Of a stretch of 64,000 nt of DNA, positions 1-13,364 are shown piece by piece. Numbering within the stretch: position 1 is the stretch's first letter; each line of letters starts with the position of its first letter. Below the pieces are notes generated by a model. That model worked only from the letters and a program-made list of their open reading frames with translations. It had not been told where the DNA came from and did not search any database. The stretch is from Vicugna vicugna (lineage: Eukaryota), in assembly GCA_013265495.1 (NCBI GenBank), contig MU057744.1:932001-996000 (forward strand), read 5' to 3'. A program made the translations under genes and the position numbers.

Positions 1-78
1 GGATTCCATTTGGCCTTAACAGAATCACGTGCTTGCTGGTTTCCATTTAGCATTATTTCCTTTATTCTACTTAGGGAC

Positions 79-257
79 TTTTTTTGTTTTTGTTTTTTGT
101 TGTTGTTGTTTCTGAATGAGGTATAGTTGATTTACAATGTTATATTAGTTTCAGGTGTACAACACAGTGATTCAAATTTTTTATGGATTATACTTCATTT
201 AAGGTATTATAAAATATGGCTGTATTCCCTCTGCTGTATAATATATCCTTGTAGCTT
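79..257 (-). mobile_element. LINE-1 3' end (3'UTR plus poly-A), 5'-truncated
   Basis: T-rich tail followed by gtatagttgatttacaatgtt...tttcaggtgtacaacacagtgattc. The same motif recurs at more than 10 places in the window. Confidence 0.85.
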
Positions 258-390
258 GTTTTTTTTTTTTCTTTTGGCAGGAGAGGTAATTAGGTTTATT
301 TATTTATTTAATGGAGGTACTGGGGATCGAACCCAGGACCTTGTGCAGTCTAAGCACACGCTCTACCACTGAGCTCTACCCACCCCCACC
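258..390 (-). mobile_element. vic-1-type tRNA-derived SINE inserted into an L1 3' end
   Basis: Reverse complement of the gggtagagctcagtggtagag...cctgggttcgatcccc head (A/B boxes). Perfect 12-bp TSD tccttgtagctt at 246-257 and 391-402. Confidence 0.92.
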
Positions 391-1214
391 TCCTTGTAGC
401 TTATTTATTTTTAATGATCTCTCACAGATACACGTTCTTCAAGGAACTTCCTTGTGAGCAGGATGACCATCTTGCATTTAGAATGTTACAGAGAAACCCT
501 GTACTTGTTCCTGAAAAGAATACGGGCATAACACACACTCTGCAAGGCACTGTACGTGCCCTGACCCCACACCTCTTAGGACTGGACTCCCAGTGGAGGT
601 CTTACTGCTTGTGACCACTGTCCACAGTCACCCACAGACACAGGATGAGACCCCTCACCGAACTGCATCCCAGGGACTCTTCCAGGCCCCCAAGAATGGA
701 ACGGGTTATTCACGCCTCCCCTTTCTTCCACGATTCCAGAGATTCACTTTCCAGTCTGCTGTACGATAAAATCGACTAGCTATTTCTTGGAAAATACTAC
801 CTATTTTCACCAGTTTGCAGTTGCCACCGGGTTATAAAACAATCAGAAAACGCAGAGAAAATATCCAGGTATTTCAGAGATTACTTTACAATTGCTTGAG
901 AGAATCTTTCCCCCAGTTTTCAGGTTCTGCTCTTAAAAAATGTCTTAAAATCGGATACGTCTAGTGTGTGGGGCTCTTTCCAGACATCTCTGGATGTACC
1001 ACACAACTAACGTAGAGTGAGTTTTCACCCTACAAGATAATTTACCAAAGAAATCCCTGATCAAATGCCTTCACTGTAGCTTTGTAATCACTCTGTGTAA
1101 AAATTGATCAAAAATGGCTCTAAGTTTTCTAATTAAAAAAAGAACATTTTGCAAATGAGTCCTCGTTCTCGTTCAGAGACTTGTGGGCATACCTGAAAGC
1201 TTTGTGAAATCATT

Positions 1215-1555
1215 TTTTAATAGACTTTCTTTTTTAAGAGTAGTTTTAGGTTCACAGCAAAACGGAGCAGAAAATAGAGCTCCCGTGTACCCATGCCCCC
1301 TCCAAGCACAGCCTCGCCCCCTTTCAGCATCCCTCACCAGAATGGGCCATGTGTTACCGTCAATGAACAGACACTGAACTGACACATCGTCATCACCCAA
1401 AGTTCACCGTTGATCTTACAGTTCACTCGTGGTGTTCTACACACTATGCTTCTTGACAAATGTGTGCTGATGTGTACCCACCATAACAGCATCTTACACA
1501 TAGCCTCTCTGCCCTTAAAATCCCCTGTGCTTCACCTCGTCATTCCTCTCTCTCC
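1215..1555 (-). mobile_element. Ancient L1M (L1MB/MC-like) 3'UTR fragment
   Basis: agttttaggttcacagcaaaacggagcagaaaatagag...gccttaaaatcccctgtgc. A related copy lies at 62870-63400. Confidence 0.7.
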
Positions 1556-2994
1556 AGGGAAATCATATTTTAATAAACTTGCTATGCTGAGGTTTACGTC
1601 ACAAATGGAAAAGTCTGTGTCGGTGGAAATTAATTCCAACCATGTAGATTAAAACAAAAATGAAACATCAAGTTTGCTAACCTGAAATGATTTCTCTTAC
1701 TCCCATCTGCATTATGAGCTCTAAAGAGAAAAATTGTGTCCAATTGTCTTATTAAAAATGAATGATTAGGAATGCAGTCTTCTGATCAAAGTTATGAGCC
1801 AGGAGGGTGGAATTTTAAATTCTGCAGCAAACCGGTTACCTTGAGCTAAGTCAAAGGCAAGAAAAATGTCTGCCGCACTGTCAAGGTCAGGGAAGAAAAT
1901 TAAGCTGCCTTCCTCGACAGTTTTGGGCTGGCACCCACCAGCTCAGACTCCCCACAGCATTTCGTGCCCTCACCTATGAAGTGACTCGTGCTTCCGGCCA
2001 GAATTTGCTTGGGATTCTTTGCACCTTTGCTGCACAAGGTATTTATGCCGCCCGTATTTCCCAGCTTTGAGTCTATGTAAAAGCATAATTCTGCTTTTTT
2101 TTTTTCCAAGTAACAAGTGAAAAATGTCTTAACTGTCCTGAAAAGTTACATACAACTCATAACAATTTTAAATAGAAACCTGCTAATGTGTTCTTACTCA
2201 TTAATTTCGATGATGTAGAGGAAGGAAGTTGTCACTTCCTGGCACTCATAGGAGCTAAGGGAACGGTGGACACACACTTAGCAGGGGTGTCACAGGGGAG
2301 TTTAAGCATCGACTGCATGATTGGGTCAGATGATTTTTAAGAGTTTTTCTATCCTGGCTTTCAGTGATCCCACCTAAAACACATAGAGCTCTACCAAGCC
2401 TTTTATCAACCAACAACCGACCGACCGACCAACCCAAAGACTTTTTCCAACATATCACAAACATTTTAGGATGATTCCACCTCATTTTCAGTCTGGGCAC
2501 CAATGTCATCAATTCAGTTAATGACCATTATCCCATGTTCCCACCACGAATAGTTTGAACTAGACAGTAGCTATAAATTCAGTGAACAGAGCAATCAAAG
2601 GCCACATTTTACCAATTTGTTGAAATAGACTAGACTACATACAATAACACCCAGGAAACAGGAATGGAGGCTCCTCTAGGAAAAAAAAAAACAGCAAGAA
2701 AAACGTTATGACTCAAAGATCCAAACTGAAAAAATAGCTGATGTTTAGATGAAGGGAACTAATTATTGCGAGGTTATTTTAAGAGAGTTATTATTAAGTT
2801 ATTCTTATTAAGCTTTTTAAGGAAACACTTTAAAACATCCAGAGAGCAGCGTCAGAAAGAGCTATTTGGGAGAAAAGTCACCAGTCTGTCTCGGAGCATT
2901 TGAGCATTTCTCGCCAGGGTCACAGCAGCGTTGGTAACATGGGGACTTTTCAGATTTGAAAGATAATCTTTTCAATCCAAAATGAGTATCTCCA

Positions 2995-3176
2995 AGGTCC
3001 TACTGTGTAGGACAAGGAACTATATTCAATGGCTTGTAGTAACCTGTGATGGAAAGGAATATGAAAAAGAATATATATATATGAATGCATAACTGAATCA
3101 CTTTGAATCACAGAAGCTAACACAACACTGTAAACCAATTATATTTCAATTTAAAAATGTTTCATTTAAAAAAAAT
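2995..3176 (+). mobile_element. LINE-1 3' end
   Basis: caaggtcctactgtgtaggacaaggaactatattcaat...cacaacactgtaaac...A-tail. Confidence 0.85.
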
Positions 3177-3178
3177 GA

Positions 3179-3326
3179 GGGGGGAAGGGTATAGCTCAGT
3201 GGTACAGCGCGTGCTGAGCACGCACGAGGTCCCAGGTTCGATCCCTAGTACCGCCATTTACAAACCAGTAAAAAATAAATGAACCTAATTACCTACCCAC
3301 CTCCAAACAAAACAAAACAAAACAAA
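3179..3326 (+). mobile_element. vic-1-type SINE (long form)
   Basis: ggggaagggtatagctcagtggtacagcgcgtgctgagcacgcacgaggtcccaggttcgatccc, then aacctaattacc tail and (caaaa)n. Confidence 0.92.
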
Positions 3327-3640
3327 GTGAACATCTCACCCATCACTATCATTCTATTAAACATATGTTAACCAAAAATTGTGTTTCATTTGCAAAAAAC
3401 CATACAGAAACCACAGTATGGCCCGCTGTCTCCCACCACCAGGTCCACCCAGCCTGCGTCTGCCTGTCCTGGGACTGCCCATCCCTGCCCTTACACACTG
3501 AGCGTTGCTCTTCACAGTTCTCTCATCTCTTTCCTGCGTGTCCCTCTGCACTCTACAGACTTACTCCATCAATATATAAAAACATGCTGTCATTACTCCC
3601 ATCCTTCAAATACACTTTCTTGACCCTGTTTCTGCCATGC

Positions 3641-3803
3641 TTTTCTTTCTTTTTTTTCAATTTGACATATAGTCAGTTACAATGTGTCAAGGTCTGATGT
3701 ACAGCATAATGTTTCAGTCATACATATACATACATATATTCCTTCCCATATTTTTTTCCTTAAATGTTACCTACTACAAGATATGGAATATAGTCCCCTG
3801 TGC
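3641..3803 (-). mobile_element. LINE-1 3' end
   Basis: T-run, then cagttacaatgtgtcaa...ctacaagatatggaatatagtcccctgtgc. Confidence 0.8.
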
Positions 3804-3869
3804 CATGCCTTTCTTTTTACAGAACTATCTAATTAGTTATCTGTGTTTGCTTATCTCCAATTCTGCCCA

Positions 3870-4400
3870 TCCTGTTCTCCCATTAACCCACACCCATTAC
3901 GTTTCTATCCTCACTACCCCAAAACCACCCTCATCAGAGCTCACTGCAGACCTATCGCTCTGTCCAGAGGTGGATTCTCAGCTCCTTTCTGTGTGATATG
4001 AAGCGGCATCTGGCCCAGCTGATCAGTCACTCCTTGAAACACTTTCTCCCCTTGACTTGCAGAACACCACTCCTGGCTTTCCTCCCTCCCAGTCCCCTCT
4101 GCTGGTTCTTCCTAGTCTCCGTGTCCTCTAAACATGCTCTTCTCTTTGGTTATTCACTTTCAGTCCCTTGGTGATTTCCTCCAGCCACTGTAGATGCCAT
4201 CGCATGACAGTGACACCCAAATTTCCATCTCCAGCCTGGACCTCTGCATTCAGCTCCAGGCTCGCACCCTGGCCCACATGGCAGGTACACCGTGCTGTCT
4301 GCCAAGCATCCTGGCCCCGTGATGCTCCTCTGTTCATCTTCCCCATTTCAGCGAATGGCAACTCCCTTCTTCCAGCAAAACAGCTCAGAATCCTTGGTGT
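3870..4400 (+). mobile_element. L2 LINE fragment
   Basis: Pyrimidine-rich L2-like motifs, e.g. cactccttgaaacactttctcccc and cccaaatttccatctccagcc. Confidence 0.55.
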
Positions 4401-5009
4401 GTTACCGGCTTTTCTCACTGAAAGGCAAGACTATAAAGTTAATAGGAAAATGATACAGCAGTACATCTTTGGAACTAAGAGGTGGAAAAGGAATTATTAA
4501 ACACAACTTCAAAACACAAGCCTAACTGGTCAATTTTATTCCCACAAAATGAATGATTTCTGTTCCATGAAGAGCACCATCAACAAAGTTGTGGTAGGTC
4601 ACAAAGCACAGTTACCCACAGAGTCCCTCCAGAGTGTGAAAAATGAGAGCACCCTGCCACGATGTGCTACATCTCAGTGTGAGCACCACGACCATCTGCT
4701 TTCACTTCTCCCGCCCACGTGTGCTGTGTGGGGCCATTCAGTTCCCCTGGTCCCCTGGTCACGTGGCCAGGCCATTGCAGGTCCAGCCCACTAGCGACAG
4801 CCTGGGAGCCCTGGGATCCTGTGCACCGGAGATTCTGCAGAGATAACTTCAAAATTCCAAGGAACAGTGTGCACTGTTCTAACTCAGCCACCCGGCGGAA
4901 GAAAGATCCAAAACAAAACCCAACGCTCAGCCTAGGAAACCTGTGCATCGCGGAAGTGAAATAACGTGTGGTTATCGCCACTGTGAGGCTCACAGGATAT
5001 ACTCAGGCC

Positions 5010-5570
5010 TTTTATTTTTTAATTTTTGTTGAAATGTAGTTGAGTTACAATGTTAGTTTCAGGTGTACAGCAAAGTGGTTCAGTTCTACATAGACACACA
5101 TATATATTCTATTTTCAGATGCTTTTCCATTATATGTTATTACAAAAAATTGAACATATTTCCCTGTGCTGTCCAGCGGGTCCTTGCTGTTTATCTATTT
5201 TATACATAGTAATGTGTGTCTGTTTATCCCCAAACTCTAATTTATCCCTCACTATTCTTTCCCCTTTGGTAATGTTTTTCTATATCCACGAGCCTGTTTT
5301 TGGCTTATAAATAGAATTAGTATCATTTATTTTCAGATTCCACATGTAAGCGGCATCATATGATATTTGTTTCTCTAACTTCCTTCACTTAATATGATCA
5401 TCTCTAGGTCCATCTGTTTTTTTTCAATTGAAGTATACTTGATTTACAATGTTATGTTTCTGGTGTACAGCATAGTAATTCAGTTACACATATGCATGTT
5501 CTTTTTCATGATCGGTCATTACAAGATACCGAATGCAGTCCCCCCTACTGTACAGTTGGACCTTGTTGTT
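5010..5570 (-). mobile_element. Two head-to-tail LINE-1 3' ends (5010-5415 and 5416-5570)
   Basis: Two successive T-run plus ttgaa..tagttga..tacaatgtt motifs. Confidence 0.8.
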
Positions 5571-5773
5571 TCAGGCAGTCCTTAATGGCATTATCTTATC
5601 ACCTAAAAAGGACTTCAAAAGGCTGTGGTTCTTGGGTCAACATCCAGGAGAAGCAGGAATAGTACTCCCAGGCCAATGTAATGTGGGAAAATGGGATGCA
5701 CCTCGGTTTGTGAGCCTTCCCAACTTAGGTTACTGTCAAATGAAGTAGCTTCATACAAACTTAATGTAAGTTT

Positions 5774-5917
5774 GGGGGAGGGTGTAGCTCGGTGGTAGAG
5801 TGCATGCTTAGCATGCACGAGGTCCTGGCTTCAATCCCTAGCACCTCCATTAAAAAATAAAAATAAATAAACCTAATTACCAGCCCCCCCCCAAAAGACT
5901 TAATCACAAAAAAAAAA
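5774..5917 (+). mobile_element. vic-1-type SINE (long form)
   Basis: ggggagggtgtagctcggtggtagagtgcatgcttagcatgcacgaggtcc. Candidate TSD ttaatgtaag at 5761-5770 and 5938-5947. Confidence 0.92.
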
Positions 5918-6869
5918 GGAAGTAACATAGACCACAGTTAATGTAAGGCAGAGGGATACTAAAACTAAAACAGCTGGGAAAGAAGTCTCAAGGGTACAAG
6001 TTTTCAACCCCCACGTGGCCGTGCAGGAAGGGGGCCTCAGGCCTGGAACTCTTCCTTCCTAAGAGACAAAGCCCTGTGCTGGCTTGTCGCCTTGTGTGGG
6101 AACATCTTTCTCTGCTTCAGGCTCAATGTGTGCTTCTTTGTTCTGCTTAAGCATGTGTGTCATGTGGCACCTGGCCAACCCCTCTGCCCTATTTGTCCCT
6201 GTTGGGAGGGGGTGGGGTCCACCTCTCTGGTGCAGCTCCAGAGAGCCAACTGCCCTGCATCGGCTGCCTGGGGTGCACCCACTGGCCACAGGGGACCAAC
6301 CATCTTGTGCTGTCTCCGCTATGCGAGTCCAGCTTGGCTCCATCCAGTGCTCTGACTGTGTTTTGTTTTCCTTGGCAACTCCAATACCAAGACGCTGTGG
6401 GCAGAAGTGTTCAGACTTCTGTTCCTGGAAATAAGCCATCGATGTCACTTGTTCCACAAAAACTTAAACCGCAAGGCAAATAAATCACACAAATTAGAGA
6501 CAAATTAGGAATTGTGAATTCGTCATCTCCAGACCGTTGGACTAATCGTACTGTTGCCTAGAAGTTCTGAATTGTTACTATTACATTAAGAGCTGTTAGT
6601 TTGTTATTTGTTGTCAAAGTCAGGTGACCGTTAGCTCTCTATTTTTAATTTGCTGTAAATATCGACCAGTATGACACTGTGCCATGCCTCAAGAAATTGC
6701 TCACGCCTCCGTCTCCGTTCAATAGGGAAAATCCAGGAAGAACCCTTCCATGAAGCCCGGGAGCTACTTACATAAAGTTGGCACAGAGTGGAGGCGGGGG
6801 CCAGGCTGGCCAACCCTAGGACACAGGGATGTGTTTTAGCCTCGGGCTTCCCAGACTCCAGTGAGAGTG

Positions 6870-7005
6870 TCAGTCCCTCGAGCATCCTGTTCAAATGCAG
6901 GTTCAGATTCCCGAGGCTGCAGTGAGTCTCAGATTCTGCATTTCTAACAGGCTCCCAGGTGCTGCTGATGCCGCCAGGCCCTGAACTACACTTGCTACAC
7001 AGTAG
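6870..7005. mobile_element. MER5A-like hAT-Charlie DNA transposon fossil
   Basis: aaatgcag...cagattctgcatttctaacaggctcccaggtgctgctgatgc is typical of MER5A. Confidence 0.7.
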
Positions 7006-7208
7006 CAAGGTCCCAGTCAGTCTTCCAGTTCTTGGTTTTAGCAGTTGTGGTTTTGAGTGGCCTGAAAAGCTGTGAAGAGCTTCGTGTGTAATCACATGCA
7101 GTCGTTTTGAGGGGCACGTCTATGATCTAGCGCATGTGAGACTGCAGTGTGGGAGTGAGTCACATATAATGCATGAGCACAGAATCCACACCTCAGAGGG
7201 CCTTCCCA

Positions 7209-7304
7209 GGGGCTGAGATAGAGCTCAGTGGTAGAACCTGTGCTTAGCATGCATGGGGTCCTGGGCTGATCGCCAGTACCTCCATTAAAAAAAAAGAAAA
7301 AAAA
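7209..7304 (+). mobile_element. vic-1-type SINE (short form)
   Basis: tRNA-like head gagctcagtggtagaacctgtgcttagcatgc, ending directly in an A-run. Confidence 0.85.
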
Positions 7305-9002
7305 GCTGTGACATCAAGTAGTCTTTTTACTCACCATCTACATATTTCATGGGGAAGGTTTTAGACTTTGAAGATTCAGGACATATGCTTTGCCAGTGCC
7401 AAGCTAACTATATTTACTTCTTGAATTTACATCTCTTCTCAGCTTCTTGAAGAAGAGAACGTTCAACTGAAATGAGAGAGAAACCTCGGGTGGTAAAGAC
7501 AGATGAAGACATCATAAGCCCCCTGCTCTGTTATCCTTTCATGTTACACATGACCTCTTTTTTTCTATCAAAACGGCTATTTTTCATCATGAACCTACAT
7601 GGGTATATTTACTACAAGACAACAAATAGTCAAAAGTATATACACCAGAAATTAACACAACATTGTAAATCGACTGTAGTTCATTTTTTTAAGTATATAT
7701 TTTGATGAAAATAATATTATGTTCTACTATATTTGCCATTTTCATAAGATTACCTGTGTTGTAAGAAAGCATTTAAATGAATCTTTCCTTTTTCTAAAAT
7801 CTTAGGATAATCTTGAATGAGTCATTTATCCCCCCTCTTCCCCAAGGATTTTTTTTTCTTGTTCTCCTTCCCCACGGAATCTCACCTCAAAGTACCTCCC
7901 GTGTCTAAAGGCAAAACTGGTTCACATCTCTCTTCTATGCCCTCTAACCCAAGGAGGAAAGAATTTCTTACAGAGGCTTCATTCTTCAGCTGAGGGTTCA
8001 AGTATAGAGTGACGGCCATTGATTTTCCTTTCTTTAGGACAATCTTAAATCTTTTCAGTGAATTAAATGAGTGTTTAAGTGAGCCAGGGTGTTATTACTT
8101 ACAGACATTAAAAAAAATAAAAGTTGAACCATGATTAAACACTATATATAGCACGTGTATGCACATGGATAAAGATCTGGACAGAAGACATAGGAAAATG
8201 AAGACAGTTTGACATGCTTGCAAGAATGCTGTATGTCTTAAATTTTCATTTAAATGTATGTTATATAGCTGCTTTATATGTGAAATAAATTGGTAAAAAA
8301 TATTGTAGTTAGGGATGACACTAAAAATCTTTTGGCTACAGAGAAAGATCGGATGAGGGTGGGTAGGTACGCATGACCAAAACTTTTAGTAAGGACTGTG
8401 ATCTTCCAAACCTAGGTAAATTTCTAAGTATCTGTATGTCTTTTCTGGCCTTAAAGGTTTATTACCAGCTCTAGGAAACAGCTCTAAGTTCAGACTTTTA
8501 GAACGTGTGACATCTCTGGAAAAGATGTCTTGAAGTGGGAATTTGACGAGACAACTGACGAAAGGGGCCTTAAGAAAAGACTAATTCTGATAATGCTTAA
8601 TCTTCACTGGGATGGGAGGCATTAGAATCTTTTTTTCGGGCAAAGGTGGATGCTTTGGAGGAAGTAGAAAGGAGACTCTGTCAAAAAGAGCAAAGAATAG
8701 GAATGTCACTCACTGGTAGTCTGCCTGGCAGGAAACCAAATTTCTAGTCCTTTTTTTCTGCCACCTTTTTTATGACCGTGACCAAGTCGTTTATAACTTG
8801 CTGTTGTGTACGCTCATCGGTAACACAAGGGTGATAACACCTGCCTTTTTTAAGCCTACTGAAGCTGCTACAAGAGTAAAAGGAAGTAACAAATAAGATT
8901 TATTGGTACTGACTCCTTGCTATTTCCGGACACTTTTCCTTCAATTTCCGTGGAGCTTCATCGGAGGATCCAACTTCATGATAAAAGACAAGGGCTTTCC
9001 AT

Positions 9003-9306
9003 TTGGGCAGGGATAAATTGGGAGTTCGAGATTTGCAGATATTAACCACTATATATAAAACAGACAAACAACAAGGACCTTCTGTAGAGTACAGGGAACT
9101 ATATTCAATATCTTGTAATAACCTATAACGACAAAGGATATGAAAACTAATACATGTATGTTCATGTATGACTGAAGCAGTGTGCTGTACACTAGTAATT
9201 GACACAACATTGTAAACTGACTAGACTTCAGTAAAAATACACATGCAAAAGTAATAAATAAATGAGTAAATAAACCGAATTCACACCCCACCTAAAAGAA
9301 AAAAAA
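9003..9306 (+). mobile_element. LINE-1 3' end followed by an orphan vic-1-like tail
   Basis: gggataaattgggagttcgagatttgcagat...gacacaacattgtaaactgac, then aaataaaccgaattcacaccccacc and an A-tail. Confidence 0.8.
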
Positions 9307-10135
9307 GAAATTCTAATACTGATCTGCATACATGTTGTTGACTTTATTGTCATCATTCCTCATCAGCTTCTCCACCAGGGAAATCACGTAAGGAGCCCAC
9401 GCCACGCCCACCCACCGAGGAGACCCCAGCCCGGCTGAACATCCTGGTGCCTGGCTCACACCTGTGCCCGCAGTGCTTCACAGGGGGTGTTAGCCAGATG
9501 CTTCCAGATTCCCCTGTCCACAGAGTCTGACTTCCCCACAGAAACCATAATGCCGCCCATTTGGGATGGATTCAGGATGCCTGAACCTCTTTCCCGAGAA
9601 GCCTCCTCTCAGGCCTGGGAACACCTGGCAGGTGTGAGTGACCCAGGGCTTTTGCTGCTGTGAGCTGATCTGGGGGCGGGGCTGAAAAGGTCTGGAAGTG
9701 CCTTTTCATCTCAGCCCCATAAAGCAGCCCATTCTGGTCACTGATGCATTGTTTCAAAATCTTCTGCTGATAGATGTTGAACTAACAAAAGTGTTCCAAA
9801 TGAACTTTTTGGTACATTAATTTTGCAAGGCCTTTGAGTTTCAGAGGCCTCTTTTCATCGCTAGGCTCTTTACTCCTCGACCCTGAATTGACCAAAGTGA
9901 GCACCAAGTGGTAAGCTTTTGGTTTTCTCTGCTTTGGGACGAACTTTTATACCTCGAGTTCGCTGTTTCTAGAGTGGCTTCCCCCCCGCCCCCGCCCTCC
10001 GGTTGTAGAATCTACAACCAGCTTGGACTTATGAACATTCCCTTACTGCCTTGAAATGTTTTCCTCTTTAAAGAACTCAGACTGAATCATTTAGAAGGCT
10101 ATTTGCCTTGAAGTATCGCCACTGATTTCCATAAC

Positions 10136-10646
10136 TGTGAATGAAAAGTATTGCAGCCATATCAGAACAAAGGATGCTGTGGCCACCAAGCCATCAGCCA
10201 TTGCCGTCACTCCGACAGCCAGCGGAGGGAACTCAGGATGGACACACAAGCAGGTGTCCCGGCCTCTGTAGCCACACCCCAAGACAGTCCCCCCTGAGGG
10301 GACTCAGGATGGGAAGGAACAGGACACTGGCCCTGGGTAACTACGGTGCACATCAAAGGAACGATTTCAATGAGCCCAGACCTTTGCACCTTCCCATACA
10401 CAGAAAAGCGCTAAATTCCTTAACTTGAGATGTCTGGTTTCCTTTAATTAACAGTAATCTTTTGATGTTCCGACTACCTGGTCTTTGTGGCAAAAACTCT
10501 TACACACCCTGGCTTCTCCCTTGCCACTTTGGAACAGTCTCTTGGAGCCACCTGAGAGGCTGTGTCCCGGGCTCCAATCCTCAGGCAGTCCGCTGAATAA
10601 AACTTACCTTCCAACTTTTAGGTTGTGCATTTTATTTCAGTTGACG
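10136..10646 (+). mobile_element. Solo ERV1-class LTR (MER34/MER39-like)
   Basis: TG start, AATAAA near 10596, and end gttgtgcattttatttcagttgac. The 3' end and the ctgagaggctgt motif are shared with the LTR at 31594-32042. Confidence 0.7.
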
Positions 10647-10779
10647 TGCTATACTGAATTCCAGTGCCACCAAGAGTTGCAGCAAAACCCAGTTTCGTGC
10701 GAATCACTTCTTTTGAGTAATCAGACAAACCCCACATCGTGAGGAGAAAATCTGGGGTGGGGCGAATAGACCAGAACAC

Positions 10780-11100
10780 TGTATTTGGAATTAGAGAGAT
10801 TGGAGTTCAAATCCCAGTACCTACTTTTGCCCCCGTTTTTAAGTAGTGTAACTTTGGACAAGTCAATTAGCTTCTTGGAGCCCCAGTTTCTTGAAATTTC
10901 CAAAATACTATTTTTTTTTAAATAGCAAACCACTGTATAGAGCAGTAAGTATCGATGTATTTCATGCATACAACAACGTCATAGACGGGTACTTTATTAC
11001 CCCCATTTTACAGATGGGTTAAGCTCAGACAGTTAGTAAGTCGGGGTGGAGCCAGAATTTGAAGCAGGCCATTGTCTCCAGAGCCCATGCTCTTACCCAC
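10780..11100. mobile_element. Two MIR SINE fragments in opposite orientation
   Basis: gagttcaaatcccag...actttggacaagtca...cagtttct (+) and tattacccccattttacagatg (-). Confidence 0.65.
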
Positions 11101-12524
11101 AGCAGAACCTTGGCTGGCTTAGTGGTGTGTGTGACACCAAGTCCCAACTCCCCGGCAGGACTTCCATCCTCCAAGCTGCCTGTGATTTGTCATTGAAGAA
11201 GCCAAGTACTAACCAGTCTATGCGAGGAGTGTGGAGTAAGGTAAATATCTGATAACTGTCATGCTCTTAACCCCCTGGCGGAAGTACAAGCAGAGCAGTA
11301 TCCCCCATGACTTTCATTCACCTCAGAAGATGGACTTGTGCTTCTGGGAAAGGACGGGGCCTCTGCTTGTTCTAAAATGTTGAGAGAGTTGAAAATCACC
11401 TTTGAACTCTGTCCTCAGGGAAGGAGCTGGCCTCGTGCAAGGAGACACTGTGCAGGGAGCAGAGGTGTGGACTCCTGGTGCTGCGAGCTCTGGCTTCACC
11501 TGAGAAGAGACCGATTTTGGTCCTAAAAATTCTTCAACCTCTTTGGAAAATCTTCCACTGTGAGAATTTCAAACTGGTGGTCCATGACCTCATACATACC
11601 ACAGAACTAACCTGTTTGGCTTGCAAATTGTGACCTACAGACTTTTAAAAAGTGTAATTAGTTGTCAATATTCACCAGGAAGAAGAGTTCACAGTTATAT
11701 CCAAGTTGCTGGCCCATTGACAAATCCGAAGGCCTGACCTCAGTCCCACACGTCAGCTGTGGGCAGCTGCCGCCGCCGCCGGAACAGACGTGCACACCAC
11801 GTCCCACTCCAGCGGCCCGTTTCACGCCTCCCAGACTCCTGACAGCGACAGAAGTGGCCGTCCCTGCTCTAGCCTCTTAGGGCTTTTCCCTGACATCAGC
11901 CCCTTTCACCAGCTGCCTAGCGCCTTTCTGGTTGAATTCTGTTCACTTCATTTACTCAATTAGGGACTATTTCCAAGTTTAAAAAAAAATGCTTTAGCCG
12001 TGCTAAAATGAAGACATCTCCTTAGAAGCCATTAAGGGAATGGTGTGAATAATGAGGATTTCAGGCATCCAGAAAGTCCACTTAATCAAAAGGCCTTTTG
12101 ACACAGCTTGCTTGATAATAAATCATCTTCAGAGCATAAAATACATACATTTTAAGATGGTAAGGTTTTTTTTTCCACATTTCATTTCACAAATGAAATG
12201 CCAGAATTATATCAATAATATGCTCCAAATGCCATGCCTTCAGAAAGCTGTAATGATGATCAGCTTACAGCTAACTGAAGGGGCTGTTACTTGAAAACTC
12301 CCGTAATAGAATAAGTGAATAAGACAATGCTTCATAAAGTGAATTTTCTCCATGACAATTCTTTATGAGAAAATTTTCAACCCTCCAAATTGGGAGAGGT
12401 GGTCTGAGTTTCGGCGTGTGTGTGTTTGTTTTGATTTGATACCTTCTAAGAGAATATCCCACTCTGGATTATTTTTAGCTACACTTCACAACCCATTATT
12501 CTTGACAATAGCTAAACCATACTA

Positions 12525-12612
12525 GGAGTGGGGATAGCTCAGGGGTGGAGCTCATGCTTAGCATGCTTGAGGTCCTGGGTTCAATCCCCAGCACATCCAT
12601 TAAGGAAAAAAA
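12525..12612 (+). mobile_element. vic-1-type SINE (short form)
   Basis: gggatagctcaggggtggagctcatgcttagcatgcttgaggtcctgggttcaatcccc. Confidence 0.88.
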
Positions 12613-13208
12613 TCAGTGGGTATGAATGAAGACAGCAGTATCACCAAAGCCATAACTGAGAGCATTGTTTCTCCCATAAATAATCAGTAATTACAGATTT
12701 GTGTTATATTTAGCATCTCTTACAGCAGGTACTGTATGGTAGAAAAAGTATCTATCATTTCTCTACTGGGAATGAGAAAGCATTGCTGACAAGCAGGTGT
12801 GCTATCCAGAAAAAGCAAGAGGCGTACGTGGTAGTTGGAAGCCTTATATGTGCAGTTTTGAACCTTAAATCCCATATTGACACCACTGAAATGACTTTCT
12901 GTCCTTTTAAATATTTATAAAGCAACTCATGGTCTTGGTTCACCTTTAATTTTCACAAAATACTTTAACCACAGTACGTCAGGCAGAAAGAAGGCAGCCA
13001 TCTACTCATCACATTTTGTAAGACACTCAGAGTTTCTGTGGCTCAACAGCACTAGGCTTTGACAGTCTCTGAGATCACAGCTGTTGCAGACACACGGTGC
13101 TGCCAACAACAGCGCCACCTTCTCTATGCTGGTGTTTGCAAGTCTACTTGGGTTGCAATCTGTCACCACTAATTTTACCCCATCTCCAAAAAGCAGTCAA
13201 AAATTGTA

Positions 13209-13350
13209 GGGGGACGGGTATAGCTCATGTGATAGGGCACATGCTTAGCATGCACGAGTCCTGGGTTCAATTCCCAGGGCCTCCATCTTAAATAAATAAA
13301 TAAACCTAATTACCACCACCCTTCACCCTCCACCCCTGCCAGGAAAAACA
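13209..13350 (+). mobile_element. vic-1-type SINE (long form)
   Basis: ggggacgggtatagctca...gcttagcatgcacgagtcctgggttcaatt...aaacctaattacc. Confidence 0.9.
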
Positions 13351-13364
13351 CCATCAGAGTTTCC

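Noticed and set aside
3179..3255. tRNA-Ala-like sequences (this and about 11 other loci)
   Set aside because: They have A-rich tails, TSDs and divergent stems, so they are SINE heads rather than tRNA genes.
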